Below are positions 60,850 through 64,000 of a stretch of DNA of 64,000 bases, piece after piece. The translations under genes were made by a program, and so were the position numbers. The notes beneath the pieces are model-generated. The model was not told the origin of the DNA. It saw nothing but the letters and a program-made list of their open reading frames with translations, and made no database searches. Each line of letters begins with the position of its first letter. The first letter of the stretch is position 1. The stretch comes from Marsupella aquatica (taxonomy: Eukaryota; Plantae; Marchantiophyta): assembly GCA_973895155.1 (NCBI GenBank), contig OZ316896.1:19518754-19582753 (forward strand), written 5' to 3'.

Positions 60850-61560
60850 CCCCTGAGGCGGTCAAAGCTAGGGTGCAGACTCCAAAAATCTGAGAGCAAA
60901 TGGTAGACTAGATCCCTATGCTATTGTGCGAGCTGCATACGGGGCTACAAAGGTCTCGTCCTTGAGTCGGACTGCGTTAGCTTTCGTATGGCCAGGACAT
61001 GGGCAACAACCGCAACAGGATCAGGAACCACCACATATCCAAGGGCACAAAATCTTGCCCAAGAAAAACCAGATCAGCTTGCCACCAACTTAGCTCCCTT
61101 ATTGTTAGGAACATCATCTTAGGTGGAAGCATAGGACGTGGTCCGTAGCAACATCATATCCCAAGTCGCAGGCAATGGCTGCAACCACATCCCAACTCTC
61201 ATCATGAGTCATAGTCCGCTCACTCCAATGACCACACCTATGAATATGAACTCTTTCCAGGTCCAATGATGCCCCACATACACAAGTGGGTTGGTCCACA
61301 TTCAAAGCATGGTGAGAAAGGTTCAGGCAAAGGCACGAAGACACGGTAACCAATAGAAGGATGCCCTCAAAGCTCGACCAATGGAAGGATGCCCTCAAAG
61401 GCCTGGTAGATAGCCAACCACCAAAATCAGCCCCTCACAACACAATAGACAAGCCTAAACCAAGTATGAAGGTCCATTAGAGAGCTAGAAAGGGCGTGAT
61501 GGTGTATGTGGTTAAAATCAAGTGATCGACCAGACCTGAAAAAATCACACCTGACAGGGG
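60850..61560 (-). mobile_element. 3' remnant of an RLE-type (CRE/R2-like) non-LTR retrotransposon
   Basis: Minus strand TCVCGASLD...HIHRCGHWSERTMTHD..WDVVAAIACDLGYDV (CCHC plus RH[D/N]-type motif), followed by broken QADLV..VVPDP..PFAL/FG PD-(D/E)xK-like endonuclease fragments. Confidence 0.7.
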
Positions 61561-61668
61561 AGAACCCTATACTCAACACCCATGACATGGTCAAATAAGA
61601 TGCATTGAAGATCTTTATCCTTATATATATAGCATTTTGGCACAAAACCTTTTTTGTCCTTTGCCTAT

Positions 61669-62277
61669 AAAGTGTATGTCCATCACTATATTTCTTTTTG
61701 GGGATTTACTAGGTTGCCACTTGGGGTTGCCACTTTATTCTGGCATAAAATATATCTTGCCACAGAATTATTCTATTTGTCACAATGCCACTGTTTTTGC
61801 TTATGGGTTAAGAAAATTAACCTTGGTTAGCTCTTTCACATCCAATGCCTATCTTGCACCTACTTAGTCTTGCAATTGGACAGCTCCAGTCTCCCTCAAA
61901 GTGGCTTTGACCACCCTCAATAGGATAAAGACACAGGTTGTGTGCAAGGACAGGTTGGCCCTGGACAGAGGCTATGCATAGGATGGGAGGACCGGACCAC
62001 CCAACCCACCCCTTGGTGAACTGATCCAAGGGTGGTCAAAGTCACCTTGAGGAGACTTGGGCCGTCCAATCGCAAAATTGGGTCCGATGACAACCATTGA
62101 ATATGAATGAGCTAACCTTGGTAAATTTTCTTATCTTGCAAACAAAAACAATGGCATTGTGATAAATAAATAAAAATCAATGGCAAGGTATGTATTATGC
62201 CAAAAAGAGCACTTGGCAATGGGAGTGGCAATCTAGGAAATCCCAATATTTTTTTTGGTGGTGATGGTCAACACTTA
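61669..62277. mobile_element. Long foldback element (~250-bp imperfect inverted arms)
   Basis: Paired segments include aagtgtatgtccatcac / gtgatggtcaacactt, tcacaatgccactgttttt / aaaaacaatggcattgtga, aagaaaattaacc / ggtaaattttctt, and ctttgaccaccct / agggtggtcaaag. Confidence 0.8.
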
Positions 62278-64000
62278 GAAGCTCACCAACCTCATGAACT
62301 TCCCTTTAGAAGTAACAAGTATGAATGCCAACTCTTTGAATTTTAATAGTGACAAAAATCATCATACATGATCATCATTTTGATATAACATCTCATGGTT
62401 CTTTACATCCACATACTTTGGGTGGGGCCCTAGAGACACACTCTAGAGGCTTTACTCTAGAAGCTTAGACTCAACTTTAGCTTCTCATGACTATTTATTA
62501 GTAAGATGTGGGTTTGGGATTGACACGAGAAAGTGTAGCTCAAGAACCAAAAAGTATCCATCCATGGTGAATGAAATATTACAGGAAAGCATTTTCACAA
62601 TCATGAGATAAGATCTGAAACAAATGAAGGTGCCCTAAGGTTGTTAGCCATAATTTTGTTGTCTCAAGTTTATTTTTGCTGAGATTTTGTATATTATTAC
62701 GTACCTAGCTTGGGAACTTGCTTACTATATTAGTCTGAGTACCCCTTGGTTATGTAAGCTTGATGTAAAATCAACTAATTGTAATATGAAATGTTCCACT
62801 ATTTTTGAGACTATTTTTGCATTTGTTGTGAGTCCATTCATTTGCCTGCCATTTTCAGTATGAAATAACAAAAAAAGCAAGAAGGCCCAAAAGAAACAGT
62901 AAGGAGGGGGGCACAGGGGTCAATGGCAAGGTGCTGGGAAAGGGGCAGACCTCACAATGGAGGGCAGCATTGCATGGCCAGGGTGCAGCAAGTGGGAGCC
63001 AGGGGGGAGTGCCGGGAGGGAGGGCAAATGAGAAAAAGAGGAGAAATGGTGTACAAGGGGGAAGGGACAGGAAAATGGGGAACTTAAAAAACCCCAAAAC
63101 CATTATCATTGTGTTGCACAATGGCATCTTTTACTGTTGACCATTTTCTCAAGCGATGACATCTTTCTAGCAAACACAATCATTAACAATCATTTACGTC
63201 CTTGGGAGATACTTTGGCACCATGATATTTTCTCAACAACATCTAAAGCCCATGCCAACATCATATTTTATGCATTGACATATTTTGCGTGCCTATATCT
63301 TTTACTGAATGACATTATTTAACAACATGTTTTGTGCAACTACATCTTAGTTTAGCATAATGACATCTTCTATGCAACGCATGGGGGTTGAACTCATTGA
63401 CGATAAAGAGTTGATTATTCGTGGTCCAGGTCCATCAAAAACATTCATTGATACCTCTACATCCATATAGTCCATGCAGAATGGTTTCTTACACCCCCTT
63501 GTATTCATGTGTCAATAGCAATTGAAGGGTTTCTTATGGTCTCTTGTTACTCTTTTGTCCATGATTTCTTGTGTTACCTTAGTAATATTACAATAACTGG
63601 AGAGTTTCTTTCTAACCCATGGTTATTTCAAAAATTTGTCAGTTAAATAAATTACTCAAACTATTTATTGGAAAACACTGAAACATCAATCACAACCCAC
63701 TAAAAGGTTATTTTCTTTTACCATTTTCCCACTTTCTTTGTTTATTTGAAATGTTGCTTTTTGTTTTCCCATGACGTTTACATTTAGGGGGTCTAATGAT
63801 TTTCCTTTGCCTAGCCTCAAGCACAAATAGTCAGGGTTGGTTCTTCCTACATAACTAATTGTCCTTGTTTGTGACAAATGGTGTTGATTAGGCCTAGTTG
63901 GAAAGAACTTTCCATGGGGTCCCTAAGAAATTTGAAGGACGATGGATTTCCTAGTACTTTCCATAAACATATGAAGCTGCCTCTAGAAAGGTTTTCAGAC

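Overview
Eukaryotic, intron-containing plant genomic DNA. The gene style suggests a non-seed plant such as a liverwort or other bryophyte, but that is an inference. The main content is two tandem, same-strand ZNFX1-like genes with an unusual architecture: PB1-like, (CCCH), helical, UPF1-type SF1 helicase, NF-X1 zinc fingers, degenerate RING, TPR, RZ finger. Copy 1 (3324-9797) is intact, but its CCCH finger has all three Cys changed to Ser. Copy 2 (23197-29776) keeps the CCCH finger but has a frameshift and a stop codon that remove the RING/TPR/RZ end. Between them lies a very young full-length Ty1/copia element (12796-19395, 5-bp TSD, one LTR mismatch seen) whose gag and pol are in frame but separated by a single TGA. 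Further on are a CYP71-clan P450 with a foldback MITE in its promoter, a decayed L1-type LINE, a solo LTR of the same copia family plus two older relatives, a RIN13-like gene, an RRP46 exosome gene with a U12-type intron, an RLE-type LINE remnant, and many small tandem and foldback repeats. No CRISPR, rRNA or tRNA was seen. All domain calls come from reading motifs by eye, not from database searches.
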